A stretch of DNA of 64,000 bases from Pseudomonadota bacterium (GTDB lineage Bacteria > Desulfobacterota > Binatia > UBA1149): contig JACNKC010000077.1 of assembly GCA_014382245.1 (NCBI GenBank), positions 7,395-71,394 of the forward strand, written 5' to 3'. Made by a program: the position numbers and the translations under genes. Of this stretch, positions 19,745 to 29,696 are shown piece by piece (position 1 is the first letter of the stretch; each line of letters starts with the position of its first letter). The notes under the pieces are model-generated. The model searched no databases. It had not been told where the DNA came from and worked only from the letters and a program-made list of their open reading frames with translations.

Positions 19745-21115
19745 TCAGCGGCCTGTCGAGATGATGTAAGAAAGGGAAAAGACGTTCTCGCTGGTGCCCT
19801 GGGCGTCACCGAAGTTGAAATACCAGCCTTCTTCGCCCGGGTACTCGCGCGAGGGCAAGGTGCAGTAAGTGGCGTGGTCCAACAGCATGTCGAACATGGT
19901 TACGGCGGGCAGGAACTGCTGCTCGTAATCGTACACAGCTGTTTTTGCGCCGGGAAACGGTCGACGGCCTATCTTCCACTGGTTGAACCAGGCCTTCCAC
20001 AGCTGTTCTTCATGGTCGTACATCTCGGCATAGGGGATGACAAAACTCTGTTGGTCGAGATAGACGATGCGCCGGGAGTAGGCATAACCCGGAAGCCGCG
20101 AACGTCCTTCTATAATCCACAAGTCGCGCAGTTCCCAGGTATCGTCAAAAATAAAATCAGCGGTGCCGGTGGCCCTTCGCCCTGGAAAGTGTCGCGTGTG
20201 CATGGGCGCGAGCATTTTTTTTCGACCCAACAAACTCCAATCCATCCATGCAACGCTACCAGCCCAACCGGCGTAACTGTCCAGATCAGTGTCCTGGCCG
20301 AAGAGGGCTTCCGATCTTTGCGCGGTAGATAGCCTGCGTACTCGCTTGAGCAAAGGGTAGTACAGCCAACTGTCGTCTTGCCTCGCCGGATCGAGGTAGC
20401 GGTTGTAGCTCAGTCCCACACCCTTGAGGTCGAAAGGCTCTATTATTGGATGCAGGGACTCTCGGTAGCGAATACCATCGGGGGTGGGCCAGCCGGGCTT
20501 CGGCTCGTGGTAAAGGCGCCCGACGTGGTACAAACGTCTGAAGTGGCCGAGCACGAAATGTCGTTCCACCAGCATGCCGCGGTCGCTGCGTAAGCTGCCA
20601 GTGTCGCAGTCAAAATTACGGATGTCGAGGTCGTCCACCAGGATGCGGTTTTCGTAGTTGAACATCAGCTTGACCGCGAGGTCCGGGTCGTCGTCAGAAA
20701 GCGAAGGAAAGGGGAGACCCGCAACGTAGTTTTCAAGCGCCAATCCGTCGGCGGAAAGCTGCACCTGCGCAGAGTACTTTTCAGTAGCCGCGAGGCGGGC
20801 GGGCTCCAGTGGTATGAGACGGCTTTCCACCACCTCGATGGGAAGATCTCGGCCCAGGGCCCAGTTTGCCGACGGGGGCAACCAGCGGCCGTAGACCTTC
20901 GCATCTGCCGCAGAAAGAAGCTGGCCCGGCGCAGGCGGCTCGGCGTCAAGTATCGAGGGCGGTGTGCTCTTCTCCCCCTGATTGGCCCTCAACTCCGCGG
21001 TAGCCGGGCTGCTCAAAAGCGACGAGAAAGCCAGGGCTGAAACCGTGGCAAACAGTTTCAGACTGAAGTCGGGCGGGCTATACTTATCGACTGACAAAGG
21101 ACTTTCCTCGGCCAT
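19745..21115 (-). CDS. DUF1329 family protein (LolA-like outer-membrane lipoprotein-sorting fold), secreted
   Basis: Contains the conserved WLYYPLLKRVRRLSTAQRSEALFGQDTDLDSY block (the WxYxPxLRRVRR motif of DUF1329). Predicted signal peptide KLFATVSALAFSSLLSSPATA. I trimmed the start to ATG 21115; the long N-terminal extension in the ORF track is low-complexity and overlaps metH. Confidence 0.65.
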   Translation of the reverse strand: MAEESPLSVDKYSPPDFSLKLFATVSALAFSSLLSSPATAELRANQGEKSTPPSILDAEPPAPGQLLSAADAKVYGRWLPPSANWALGRDLPIEVVESRLIPLEPARLAATEKYSAQVQLSADGLALENYVAGLPFPSLSDDDPDLAVKLMFNYENRILVDDLDIRNFDCDTGSLRSDRGMLVERHFVLGHFRRLYHVGRLYHEPKPGWPTPDGIRYRESLHPIIEPFDLKGVGLSYNRYLDPARQDDSWLYYPLLKRVRRLSTAQRSEALFGQDTDLDSYAGWAGSVAWMDWSLLGRKKMLAPMHTRHFPGRRATGTADFIFDDTWELRDLWIIEGRSRLPGYAYSRRIVYLDQQSFVIPYAEMYDHEEQLWKAWFNQWKIGRRPFPGAKTAVYDYEQQFLPAVTMFDMLLDHATYCTLPSREYPGEEGWYFNFGDAQGTSENVFSLSYIISTGR

Positions 21116-24100
21116 GATAACAGACCGCCAAAAACAACTTAAAGCCCTGCTTGAACAGAGGATCCTGGTGCTCGACGGCGCCACCGGCACAAGCCTGCAG
21201 GAAATAGAGCTCACGGCCGAAGACTTCGGTGGGCCGGCGCTCGAGGGCTGTAACGAGAACCTGGTAGTCACGCGCCCCGACGTCGTAGAGGCTGTCCACC
21301 GCGGCTTTCTCGAGGCTGGAGCCGATATCATCGAAACCAATACTTTCGGCTCAAGCTCGGTTGTACTCGAGGAGTACGAGCTCGCCGACCGCGCCCGCGA
21401 ATTGAGCCGCCTGGGTTCCGAAATTGCCCGCAAGGCAGCCGACCAGGCGTCCACCAGCGGACAAACGCGCTTCGTCGCGGGTTCGATGGGGCCCACCACC
21501 CGGGCCCTGTCTGTCACCGGGGGCATAAGCTGGGAAGAACTCGCCGCATCTTACCAGGAACAAGCCGCCGGCCTGCTCGAGGGCGGATCGGATTTCCTGC
21601 TTGTCGAAACCTGCCAGGACACCCTCAACATCAAGGCAGCACTGGAAGGCATAGACCGGGCAGAAAAAGAACTGGGCGTCGAAGCGCTGGTGGCCGTGCA
21701 GGGCACCGTTGAAACCATGGGTACTCTCCTGGCCGGCCAGGACGTTGAAGCCTTGTACGTTTCGTTGGAGCACAGGGAGCTTTTATGGATGGGGCTCAAC
21801 TGCGCGACCGGCCCTGATTTCATGACCGACCACCTGCGAACTCTGGCCGATATCTCGCGCTTTCCGGTTGCGTGTATTCCCAACGCCGGGCTTCCCGACG
21901 AGGAGGGCAACTACAACGAAGACCCCGAGCGCCTCGCAGGCAAGTTGCGGCAGTTTGCAGAGCAGGGCTGGCTCAATGTTGTGGGTGGGTGCTGTGGCAC
22001 CGTGCCCGAACACGTGCGCGCAATTGCAGAGGCTGTTAAGGACTGCAGCCCGCGTAAAGCGGCTCCTCGACTACGCAGCGTCGTGTCGGGTATCGAGGCC
22101 TGCGAAATAAGCGATGAGAAGCGACCAGTGCTCGTTGGCGAGCGAACCAACGTGCTGGGTAGCCGCCGTTTCAAGCGGCTGATAGCAGAGCGCAAGTTTG
22201 AAGAAGCAGCCGAAGTCGGCCGCGGGCAGGTGCGACGCGGAGCCGCGATCATGGACGTCTGCCTGCAGGACCCTGACGGAGACGAGTTGAATGATCTTCC
22301 GGTGTTCCTTGAGCTCCTGGTCAAGAAGATCAAGGTTCCCATCATGGTCGACACCACCGACGTGGAGGTGCTCGAAGCGGTTCTCCCGGTTCTCCAGGGA
22401 AAGTGCGTCATAAACTCGATCAACCTCGAAGACGGAGAAGAAAAGTTTGAGCAGGTCGTGCCCCTTCTGCGCCGCTTCGGCGGTGCCGCGGTGGTGGGTT
22501 GTATAGACGAGGACCCCGAACAGGCCCAGGCTGTTACCCGTGAGCGCAAGCTCGAGGTGGCCCGGAACTCCAGTGTACTGCTCACCGAAAAATACGGGCT
22601 CCCGATCGAGGACATATTTATTGATCCCCTGGTGTTTCCGGTAGGAACCGGCGACCGCAACTACGTGGGCTCGGGCATAGAAACCATCGAAGGCATACGC
22701 CTGATCAAGCGCGATCTGCCTGGATGCAAGACCATACTGGGCATTTCCAATGTCTCCTTCGGCCTGCCCACCGCCGGTCGCGAGGTGCTCAACAGCGTGT
22801 TTCTACACCACTGCGTAGAGGCGGGCCTTGATATGGCCATAGTCAGCACCGAGTCACTGGCTCCTTACAGCCGCATACCTCACGAAGAACGACGACTGTG
22901 CGACGATCTCCTCGAAGACCGGGGAGATGATCCGATCGCGGCTTTTGCCGCTCACTTCAAGGACGTACAGCCGGTCGTTTCCGAGGACGAACGGGCGGCC
23001 CTGTCTGCCGAAGAACGCATCAGCTTGTGCGTTCTCGAGGGCAGCAAGCAGGGGCTTGAAGAATCACTTGAAGAATTCCGGCAGGGCAAGGAAGCCCTCG
23101 ATGTCATAAACGGCCCCCTGATGGCCGGCATGGACGAGGTCGGCAAACGTTTTTCTGCAAACGAAATGATCGTCGCCGAGGTCCTGCAGTCCGCCGAGGC
23201 CATGAAGGCCGGTGTCGGCTACCTCGAACAGTTCATGGACAAGAACACTACCGCGAGCCGGGGTCGCATTCTCCTTGCAACGGTAAAGGGCGACGTACAC
23301 GACATCGGTAAAAACCTGGTAGACATTATTCTCTCCAACAACGGTTTCGAGATCATCAACCTGGGTATTCGAGTTCCGCCCGAGGACCTTCTCGCGGCCT
23401 GCCGGGAACACTCACCCGACCTGATCGGCTTGTCGGGGCTGTTGGTCAAAAGCGCCAGGCAGATGGTCACCACAGCCACCGATCTCGCGGCAGCTGGCGT
23501 AGATGTCCCCTTGCTCGTAGGCGGCGCGGCATTGTCCAATCGCTTTACTCGACTCAAGATCGCACCGGAATACCCGGGGCCGGTCGTATACGCCCGCGAT
23601 GCCATGCTTGGACTCGAACTGGCCGGACGGCTTCGTAACGAAGACGAACTGCCCAGCCTGGTTTCCGAGTTGGAAGCGGAGAGGCAGCAGCTCGAAGAAT
23701 CAGAGCAACGTAGTGCTGCGCGTCGACGCAGCGAAGGCGACCGCGAATATGCGCCGCCGAAACTGGCCCCTCCAGGGGAACTTCCGCGAGCGCCGGACTA
23801 CCGGCTGCACGTTGAACGCGACCGCGATCCAGCCGAGTTATTTGACTGGATAAACCCGGCTATGCTGTACGGTCGGCACCTGGGTTTCAAGGGCAATTTT
23901 GCAAACGCCCTTGCCGCTGGAGATGCAAAAGCGATCGAGCTGCGCAGCGAAGTAGAAAAAGTGCAGGACTGGACCTGTTCACTTGAGGATGTCGCTGCGT
24001 CTGCCGTGTATCGCTTCTTCTCGGCCCGCGGCGATGGCGAGAGCCTCGTAGTATATCCTTCGGGGCCACAATCGGAGAGCTCGACTTTCGTTTTCGGCAG

Positions 24101-24623
24101 GCAGCAGCGCGACGGGGGATTGTGCTTGTCTGACTACGTTTCGCCCTGCGGGGACGACAACATCGCGATGTTCGTCACCAGTTTCGGTCCTGGTGTGCGC
24201 GGGCATGCCGATAAACTGATCAAGGATGGCGAATTTCTCAAGGCTCATATTTTTCAGGCACTGGCACTGGAGACAGCAGAGGCTTACGCGGAGTTTCTTC
24301 ACTCCCGCTTGAGAGCCGCCTGGGGTTTTGCCGACCCCGCTGAACTCAGCCGAGCCGACCTGTTCAAGGCCCGTTACCACGGCAAGCGATATTCCTTTGG
24401 TTACCCGGCCTGTCCTCGACTCGAAGACCAATCCCTTCTTTTCGAGTTTCTTGAGGTCTCTGCAAGCCTGGGAGTGGAACTCACCGAGGGTTTTATGATG
24501 GAACCCGAATCGTCGGTAAGCGCGGTGGTATTTCACCACCCCGAGGCGAGTTACTTCAGCCTGAACGAGGCAGATTCCGAGTTGCTGGACCGAAACCTGG
24601 GGGAGCCTCCTCCCGGCGCTTGA
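21114..24623 (+). CDS. metH: cobalamin-dependent methionine synthase
   Basis: About 1169 aa. The N-terminus MITDRQKQLKALLEQRILVLDGATGTSLQ is typical. Includes the Hcy-binding domain, a pterin-binding (GCCGT) domain, a B12-binding domain (DVHDIGKN) and an AdoMet reactivation domain. Confidence 0.95.
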   Translation: MITDRQKQLKALLEQRILVLDGATGTSLQEIELTAEDFGGPALEGCNENLVVTRPDVVEAVHRGFLEAGADIIETNTFGSSSVVLEEYELADRARELSRLGSEIARKAADQASTSGQTRFVAGSMGPTTRALSVTGGISWEELAASYQEQAAGLLEGGSDFLLVETCQDTLNIKAALEGIDRAEKELGVEALVAVQGTVETMGTLLAGQDVEALYVSLEHRELLWMGLNCATGPDFMTDHLRTLADISRFPVACIPNAGLPDEEGNYNEDPERLAGKLRQFAEQGWLNVVGGCCGTVPEHVRAIAEAVKDCSPRKAAPRLRSVVSGIEACEISDEKRPVLVGERTNVLGSRRFKRLIAERKFEEAAEVGRGQVRRGAAIMDVCLQDPDGDELNDLPVFLELLVKKIKVPIMVDTTDVEVLEAVLPVLQGKCVINSINLEDGEEKFEQVVPLLRRFGGAAVVGCIDEDPEQAQAVTRERKLEVARNSSVLLTEKYGLPIEDIFIDPLVFPVGTGDRNYVGSGIETIEGIRLIKRDLPGCKTILGISNVSFGLPTAGREVLNSVFLHHCVEAGLDMAIVSTESLAPYSRIPHEERRLCDDLLEDRGDDPIAAFAAHFKDVQPVVSEDERAALSAEERISLCVLEGSKQGLEESLEEFRQGKEALDVINGPLMAGMDEVGKRFSANEMIVAEVLQSAEAMKAGVGYLEQFMDKNTTASRGRILLATVKGDVHDIGKNLVDIILSNNGFEIINLGIRVPPEDLLAACREHSPDLIGLSGLLVKSARQMVTTATDLAAAGVDVPLLVGGAALSNRFTRLKIAPEYPGPVVYARDAMLGLELAGRLRNEDELPSLVSELEAERQQLEESEQRSAARRRSEGDREYAPPKLAPPGELPRAPDYRLHVERDRDPAELFDWINPAMLYGRHLGFKGNFANALAAGDAKAIELRSEVEKVQDWTCSLEDVAASAVYRFFSARGDGESLVVYPSGPQSESSTFVFGRQQRDGGLCLSDYVSPCGDDNIAMFVTSFGPGVRGHADKLIKDGEFLKAHIFQALALETAEAYAEFLHSRLRAAWGFADPAELSRADLFKARYHGKRYSFGYPACPRLEDQSLLFEFLEVSASLGVELTEGFMMEPESSVSAVVFHHPEASYFSLNEADSELLDRNLGEPPPGA

Positions 24624-25584
24624 AAATAATTCCCGCTACCACGCCTGCCAACAGGCCGCCGAGGTGCGCGGTGTTGTCGCGGCCCGGACCGAAACCTATC
24701 GCCATGCCGTAAATAGCGGCCATAGCGCCGATTACCTGCCAGGATGGCCTTGAGCCTGAGCTGCGCCGCCCGGGCAAGGACAGGCCCGCCAGTGCCCCGA
24801 GAATACCAGCCACGCCCCCCGAGGCACCTGCCTTGACCGCCATGGACGGGGTCAGAATATGGCTCGCAACGTTGCCCGCAATACCCGCAACCATGAAAGT
24901 GAGAAGGAAAGGCCAGGCTCTCATCTCACGGGCCAGGTGGGGTCCGAGTATCCACAGCATGACCATGTTCGACATGATGTGGCCAAGGTCGAAGTGTAGA
25001 AAAACGGCGCTGAGCAACCGCCAGTACTCGCCCGCTTCGACCAGGCTCCATGTTATGGCACCCATTTGGATCATGCGCGCTTTTCCCACCGGGTCGAGGC
25101 CACCGTGGGTGAAGAAAAACGCGGCCAGGCAGGCAGCGGTGATGGCAATTACTACGCCGAGTTGTTCAGGGCGTGAATCCGACACCGTTTCGGCTCCCTC
25201 CGGATCGTCGGACTGCAGTATTTCGGGGTATTCTTCGGCCAGCAGCTCGTTGGCCCGCTCGAGCTGCTCGGCCGGGACGAGCACGGTGAACGAATTCTTT
25301 GAACGGGCTTGCAGCCGGGAAGCGAGACCCATTGAAGCAAAAAGTAACGCCAGTGCGTCGGCTTCCGCTTTCGGGAGGCCGCTTCGTACGGCAACCGAAG
25401 CCATGGTTTCGCCGCTGGACGAGGAGCCTGCCTTGCTCATGGGGTAAGACTGCCACAAGCTGCCCTTCGGGGATACAGGCCGGGTGGCGGATTGCAGAGC
25501 CCAGCCCGTATCGAAGGTGAACCAAGGCGTGGACAACAAGCAAGCGACCGAGGGGACAGGCTCCAGCGATACCGAGATCTTCAT
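24556..25584 (-). CDS. rhomboid-family intramembrane serine protease with an N-terminal soluble extension
   Basis: The C-terminal half has the rhomboid motifs ...WRLLSAVFLHFDLGHIMSNM... and ...GASGGVAGILGA... (GxSG) plus a conserved His. Its 3' end overlaps the metH 3' end convergently by 68 nt. The start is uncertain; ATG 25584 is chosen, and 25632 and 25608 are alternatives. Confidence 0.7.
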   Translation of the reverse strand: MKISVSLEPVPSVACLLSTPWFTFDTGWALQSATRPVSPKGSLWQSYPMSKAGSSSSGETMASVAVRSGLPKAEADALALLFASMGLASRLQARSKNSFTVLVPAEQLERANELLAEEYPEILQSDDPEGAETVSDSRPEQLGVVIAITAACLAAFFFTHGGLDPVGKARMIQMGAITWSLVEAGEYWRLLSAVFLHFDLGHIMSNMVMLWILGPHLAREMRAWPFLLTFMVAGIAGNVASHILTPSMAVKAGASGGVAGILGALAGLSLPGRRSSGSRPSWQVIGAMAAIYGMAIGFGPGRDNTAHLGGLLAGVVAGIIFKRREEAPPGFGPATRNLPRSG

Positions 25585-26338
25585 GACCGCGGTAGCGGGG
25601 CTCTGCATGGTTTTCGTTTTCGGTGGGATCATCTTCGAGGGATTAAAAGCCGGCGGCGATACGTCGGGCTACGTTACCTTGCTGGCCCTCATTGCACCCG
25701 TTGAATCGGTGCGGCCACTGTACTTTGCCTTCGTAATGCTGCCCGCCCTCGTGGCCTTTCTCGCCGTCGGCGTACCCGTGCTGGTGAGGATCCTGCTCAG
25801 AATCAGGCAGGCCCAAGCCGGTGACCGGGCATTTCTTTTTGCGTTGGCGCTCTGTTGCCTCTTGCTCTACGTCGACGGAGCGGCCGGTAACGCGTCACTT
25901 CTGGGCCAGCTGTTGGCGCTTGGCATTGGCCTGCGTGGGGGTTCAAGAACGATAAAGCGGCTTGCTACAAAACTAGCGGGAGGCCTGTGCCTGCTGACGG
26001 CCTCCAGCCTGGCACTTTTGATTTGGATGGGAGCCAGGGTTCAAGCCGGGGCCCCCCCGGGGGTAGCGGTGCTTCCGACGCTGGTCATGCTCACTTGTTT
26101 TCTATTGCTGTTGAGCATGGTCTCGGCGGCACTGGCCCAGCGGGGGCGGCTGGCAAGCCTGGCAGCCATCCTGCTGTGGTGTGCGGCCCTGGGATGGTAT
26201 CCACTGGCCGTGACCGGCACGGAACTACTGGCAGCGGCAGTTGATATGCAGGCGGCGGCCGGGCTCGTCGTGATCTTTGTACTGCTGGCCGACGGGGCCC
26301 TGCTCGTTGTTGCAAGGCGTTCCATGGGCCAGGCCTGA
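25583..26338 (+). CDS. hypothetical multi-pass membrane protein
   Basis: Hydrophobic, Ala/Leu-rich ORF with about 7 TM segments and no recognisable family. The ATG at 25583 shares a TCATGA palindrome with the divergent rhomboid start. Confidence 0.4.
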   Translation: MTAVAGLCMVFVFGGIIFEGLKAGGDTSGYVTLLALIAPVESVRPLYFAFVMLPALVAFLAVGVPVLVRILLRIRQAQAGDRAFLFALALCCLLLYVDGAAGNASLLGQLLALGIGLRGGSRTIKRLATKLAGGLCLLTASSLALLIWMGARVQAGAPPGVAVLPTLVMLTCFLLLLSMVSAALAQRGRLASLAAILLWCAALGWYPLAVTGTELLAAAVDMQAAAGLVVIFVLLADGALLVVARRSMGQA

Positions 26339-26399
26339 CCTCCCGGCTGCAGGCGGACGAGCGCTTCCCTTTGACGTCTCCGTCGTTCATTTTACGGCG

Positions 26400-27635
26400 G
26401 TGTCCGAGCAGGTACTCAAAAACAGTGAAGCCCTCTACGACCGGGCTCGTCGGGTTATTCCGGGTGGGCTCTATGGCCACCAGGCCCGCGGCCTGCTCAC
26501 CCGCGGCAGTCACCCGGTTTTTCTTGAGTCTGCGTCGGGCTGCCGTCTCAAGGACGTAGACGGTAACGAGTACATCGATTTTCTCTGCGCCTATGGGCCG
26601 ATGGTCGTCGGGTACGGAAACGAGGCTGTAGAGCGAGCAGCGGCCTTGCAGAGAGAGGCCTGCGACACCATGAACGTGCCTGCGCCCGCGATGGTGGAAC
26701 TCGCCGAGAAACTCGTCGGGCTGACTCCCGGCGCCGACTGGGCGCTTTTTGCCAAGAACGGCTCAGACGTTACGACCTGGTCGCTGGCCGTCGCGCGCGC
26801 GGCAACCGGGCGTGACAAAGTGGCCATGGTGGCGGGCACCTACCACGGGGTGCACGGCTGGTGCAACCAACTCGAAAAGGGTTTTCCGGGCAGCGAACGC
26901 TCGGCTGTCGTCAACTTTGATTGGAACGACCTCGATTCGCTCGATCGTTGCCTGGCGGTAGAGGGTGGGTTGGCCGCGGTCATGGTAACACCGTTTCGTC
27001 ACGAGGCATTCAGTGATTCGCAGCTACCCACCGACGGCTTTCTCGAGGGCGTCCGGCAGCGCTGCAGCAAACACGGGGCCGTGATGATAGTGGACGACGT
27101 TCGCGCCGGTTTCCGCCTTCACCTGGGTGGCTCAAGCCAGTTGTGGGGTGTGACGCCCGACCTGTTGCTCTACTCCAAGGCGCTGGCCAACGGCTACCCC
27201 CTGTCGGCCATGCTGGGTACCGACAGCCTGCGCTCGGCCGCCCGTGAAGTCTTCTACACCGGTACTTTCGGCACGCAGGCTGTACCCCTGGCAGCCGCCC
27301 TGGCTACACTGGAACTCCTCGAGGCCGCGGACGGCCCATCGGTCATGCGAGGGCGAGGAGAGAGCCTTTGCTCGGGCTTGCGGGAGCAGGCGCAGGCGGC
27401 TGGTTTCGGGGTAACTATCAGCGGCCCGGCCGCCATACCTTTCATGACTTTTAACGACGACAGCGAATTCGACCTGTCGCGGCGCTTCGCGGGACTGTGC
27501 GCCGACGGGGGTGTCTTTATTCACCCACTTCATAACTGGTTCCTGTCTACGGCCCACCGCGCCGAGGATGTTGAACAGGCACTTTCCATAACAGCGGAAG
27601 CCTTCTCCAGGCTCGCGCAGGAAAGGGGAGGGTGA
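26400..27635 (+). CDS. class III (omega) aminotransferase, HemL/GSA-aminomutase-like
   Basis: ...RARRVIPGGLYGH...YIDFLCAYGPMVVGYGN... belongs to the PLP-dependent AT-III family. The likely start is GTG 26400. Confidence 0.82.
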   Translation: MSEQVLKNSEALYDRARRVIPGGLYGHQARGLLTRGSHPVFLESASGCRLKDVDGNEYIDFLCAYGPMVVGYGNEAVERAAALQREACDTMNVPAPAMVELAEKLVGLTPGADWALFAKNGSDVTTWSLAVARAATGRDKVAMVAGTYHGVHGWCNQLEKGFPGSERSAVVNFDWNDLDSLDRCLAVEGGLAAVMVTPFRHEAFSDSQLPTDGFLEGVRQRCSKHGAVMIVDDVRAGFRLHLGGSSQLWGVTPDLLLYSKALANGYPLSAMLGTDSLRSAAREVFYTGTFGTQAVPLAAALATLELLEAADGPSVMRGRGESLCSGLREQAQAAGFGVTISGPAAIPFMTFNDDSEFDLSRRFAGLCADGGVFIHPLHNWFLSTAHRAEDVEQALSITAEAFSRLAQERGG

Positions 27636-27952
27636 GCACCATTACCCTGCTCCACCGGGGGCGTAAAAGCGGCGAGCTCTACGAGGTGCAGGTCTGGGCA
27701 GCTACACTCGATGGAACGCTGTACGTTGCCAGTCTCGATGATTCGCGCAACTGGGTTCGCAACCTTCGGGCCGCGGGATCGGTCGGGTTGTTGGAGGCCG
27801 AGCAGGAGCGCGCTTATACCGTGACCGAAGTGAATGACGACGCGTTGTTATTAAGATTCAGAAGACAGACGCGCAGGGATCATCCCTTCGCGGCCAGGCT
27901 GTTGCCGTTATTCAACCGCGGATCTCGATCCGTTTTATTCAAACTCACCTAG
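27632..27952 (+). CDS. F420H2-dependent reductase family protein (Ddn-like, DUF385/PF04075), short
   Basis: LLHRGRKSGELYEVQVWAATLDGTLYVAS...SRNWVRNLRAAGSV parallels the Ddn motifs TTGRKTGQPR...VIVAAS...NPMWYLNLKANPKV. The start GTG overlaps the upstream stop (GTGA). At 106 aa it may be C-terminally short. Confidence 0.55.
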   Translation: MSTITLLHRGRKSGELYEVQVWAATLDGTLYVASLDDSRNWVRNLRAAGSVGLLEAEQERAYTVTEVNDDALLLRFRRQTRRDHPFAARLLPLFNRGSRSVLFKLT

Positions 27953-27968
27953 AGCAGGGAGAGCGACT

Positions 27969-28301
27969 GTGCCGATACCTGAGAAACATTTTTTCGTATG
28001 TACCAACCGTCGCCCCCCGGGCGTAGAAGTTCCATCCTGTGGAGTCCAGGATGGTTTCGAAATACTTGCCGCCCTGCGCGAAGAACGGGACCGGCGCGGC
28101 CTGGCGGCCAGCGTTTTTATCACCGCCACCGGCTGCCTCGGACCCTGTCCTGCCAACGGGGGTACCGTCGTCGTCTACCCCGATGGCTCCTGGTACACCG
28201 GCCTCAGCACCACTGATGTTGCCGAAATAGGAGAACAGCACATGGCTGGTGGCAAGCCGGTGTCGCGGCTCCTCGATAAAGAGTTTTCCCGCGTCGAGTA
28301 G
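27969..28301 (+). CDS. thioredoxin-like [2Fe-2S] ferredoxin
   Basis: HFFVCTNRR...SCG...TGCLGPCPANGGTVVVYPDGSWY shows the Cys pattern and fold signature of Trx-like 2Fe-2S ferredoxins. Confidence 0.72.
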   Translation: MPIPEKHFFVCTNRRPPGVEVPSCGVQDGFEILAALREERDRRGLAASVFITATGCLGPCPANGGTVVVYPDGSWYTGLSTTDVAEIGEQHMAGGKPVSRLLDKEFSRVE

Positions 28302-28323
28302 CTGTCGGCCGTAGGCCGGCAGC
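28301..28323. terminator. hairpin between convergent stop codons (possible bidirectional terminator)
   Basis: GCTGTCGGCC-GTA-GGCCGGCAGC, a 9-10 bp stem with one mismatch. It lies exactly between the ferredoxin TAG (28299-28301) and the reverse TGA (28324-28326). Confidence 0.35.
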
Positions 28324-29379
28324 TCAGCTGACGAGTTCGGCCACCATGTCTCCGGCTTCTGACGTGCTGCAGCCCATCGCGCCGGCCGACATGGATTTCA
28401 AGCGCTTTGAAAGCACCTCGGTGATGGCCTTTTCCACGCGCACCGAGGCGTCTTTCTCGCCGAGGTGACTGAGCATCATCTGGCAGGCCGAGATCGCCGC
28501 CATGGGATTGATCACTCCCTGGCCGGTGTACTTGGGCGCCGAGCCCCCGATGGGCTCGAACATGGAAACGCCTTCGGGGTTGATGTTGCCTCCGGCAGCA
28601 ATACCCATCCCCCCCTGGATCATGGCACCGAGGTCAGTGATGATGTCGCCGAACATGTTGTCGGTCACTATGACGTCAAACCATTCCGGGTTCTTGACCA
28701 TCCACATACAGGTAGCGTCCACGTGGGCGTAGTCCCGCTTGATGTCGGGGAACTCGTTCTCGCCCAACTCGTTGAAAACCCGCTCCCACAGATCAAACGC
28801 ATAAGTCAGCACGTTGGTCTTCCCGCAAAGCGTCAAGGTGTTGTTCTTGCCACGGTCCCGGGTCGCCTCAAAAGCGTATCGCAGGCATCGCTCGACACCC
28901 TTGCGGGTGTTGATGGATTCCTGCACGGCGACTTCGTCTGGAGTACCTTTTTTCAAAATACCACCCGCACCCGCGTAAAGTCCCTCTGTGTTTTCGCGCA
29001 CGACCAGGAAGTTTATGTCTTCCGGCCCCTTGTCCTTCAAGGGTGTTTCCACGCCGGGGTAAAGTTTTACCGGGCGGAGGTTTATATACTGGTCCAGCTC
29101 AAAGCGCAGGCGCAGAAGTATACCTTTTTCCAGTATTCCTGGTTTGACTTGGGGGTGGCCAATCGCGCCGAGTAATATCGCATCCAGGCCACGGAACTCC
29201 TCGACGACGGAGTCCGGAAGGATCTCGCCGGTTGACAGGTACCGCTCTCCCCCGATGTCGTAGTTTGTGGTTTCGTATTGAAATTCGCACCCTTGTGCCG
29301 CCGCCTGCAGCACCTTGAGCGCTTCCGCCGTAACCTCGGGCCCGGTACCATCTCCTGGAATAACACCGATCTTGTACAA
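28324..29379 (-). CDS. isocitrate/isopropylmalate dehydrogenase family enzyme (LeuB/tartrate dehydrogenase-like)
   Basis: YKIGVIPGDGTGPEV...NLRPVKLYPG... matches the family. The likely start is TTG 29379, with a GGAGGA SD 6 nt upstream. The ORF-track N-terminal extension was trimmed. Confidence 0.82.
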   Translation of the reverse strand: MYKIGVIPGDGTGPEVTAEALKVLQAAAQGCEFQYETTNYDIGGERYLSTGEILPDSVVEEFRGLDAILLGAIGHPQVKPGILEKGILLRLRFELDQYINLRPVKLYPGVETPLKDKGPEDINFLVVRENTEGLYAGAGGILKKGTPDEVAVQESINTRKGVERCLRYAFEATRDRGKNNTLTLCGKTNVLTYAFDLWERVFNELGENEFPDIKRDYAHVDATCMWMVKNPEWFDVIVTDNMFGDIITDLGAMIQGGMGIAAGGNINPEGVSMFEPIGGSAPKYTGQGVINPMAAISACQMMLSHLGEKDASVRVEKAITEVLSKRLKSMSAGAMGCSTSEAGDMVAELVS

Positions 29380-29565
29380 TGGTCGTCCTCCATTGGTCGC
29401 TCTTGAAGAGCGATAATCCCGAACTATTGCAGCAACGTGGGTCCTGAACAAGCTAGAATGGTTTCAGCGTAGTACAGGTGGCTAAAAGCGCGAAACGGGG
29501 TTGAGAACCTGTTGGGGCGCTGCAATACTTTATGAGTAGCGTACCGAGCCACGCTAAACGTTTCA

Positions 29566-29641
29566 GGCGGCGTGCCCAAGTGGTTAAGGGAGAGGTCTGC
29601 AAAACCTCCATTCAGCGGTTCGAATCCGCTCGCCGCCTCCA
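29566..29641 (+). tRNA. tRNA-Cys (anticodon GCA)
   Basis: Acceptor GGCGGCG / CGCCGCC, then T, then CCA. Anticodon stem-loop GAGGT-CTGCAAA-ACCTC. T-arm AGCGGTTCGAATCCGCT. Confidence 0.85.
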
Positions 29642-29696
29642 TCCTTATTCTGATGAGCCGCAGTGGCGGCTTGGTTTCTGCAGTGACGGGCAGGAC

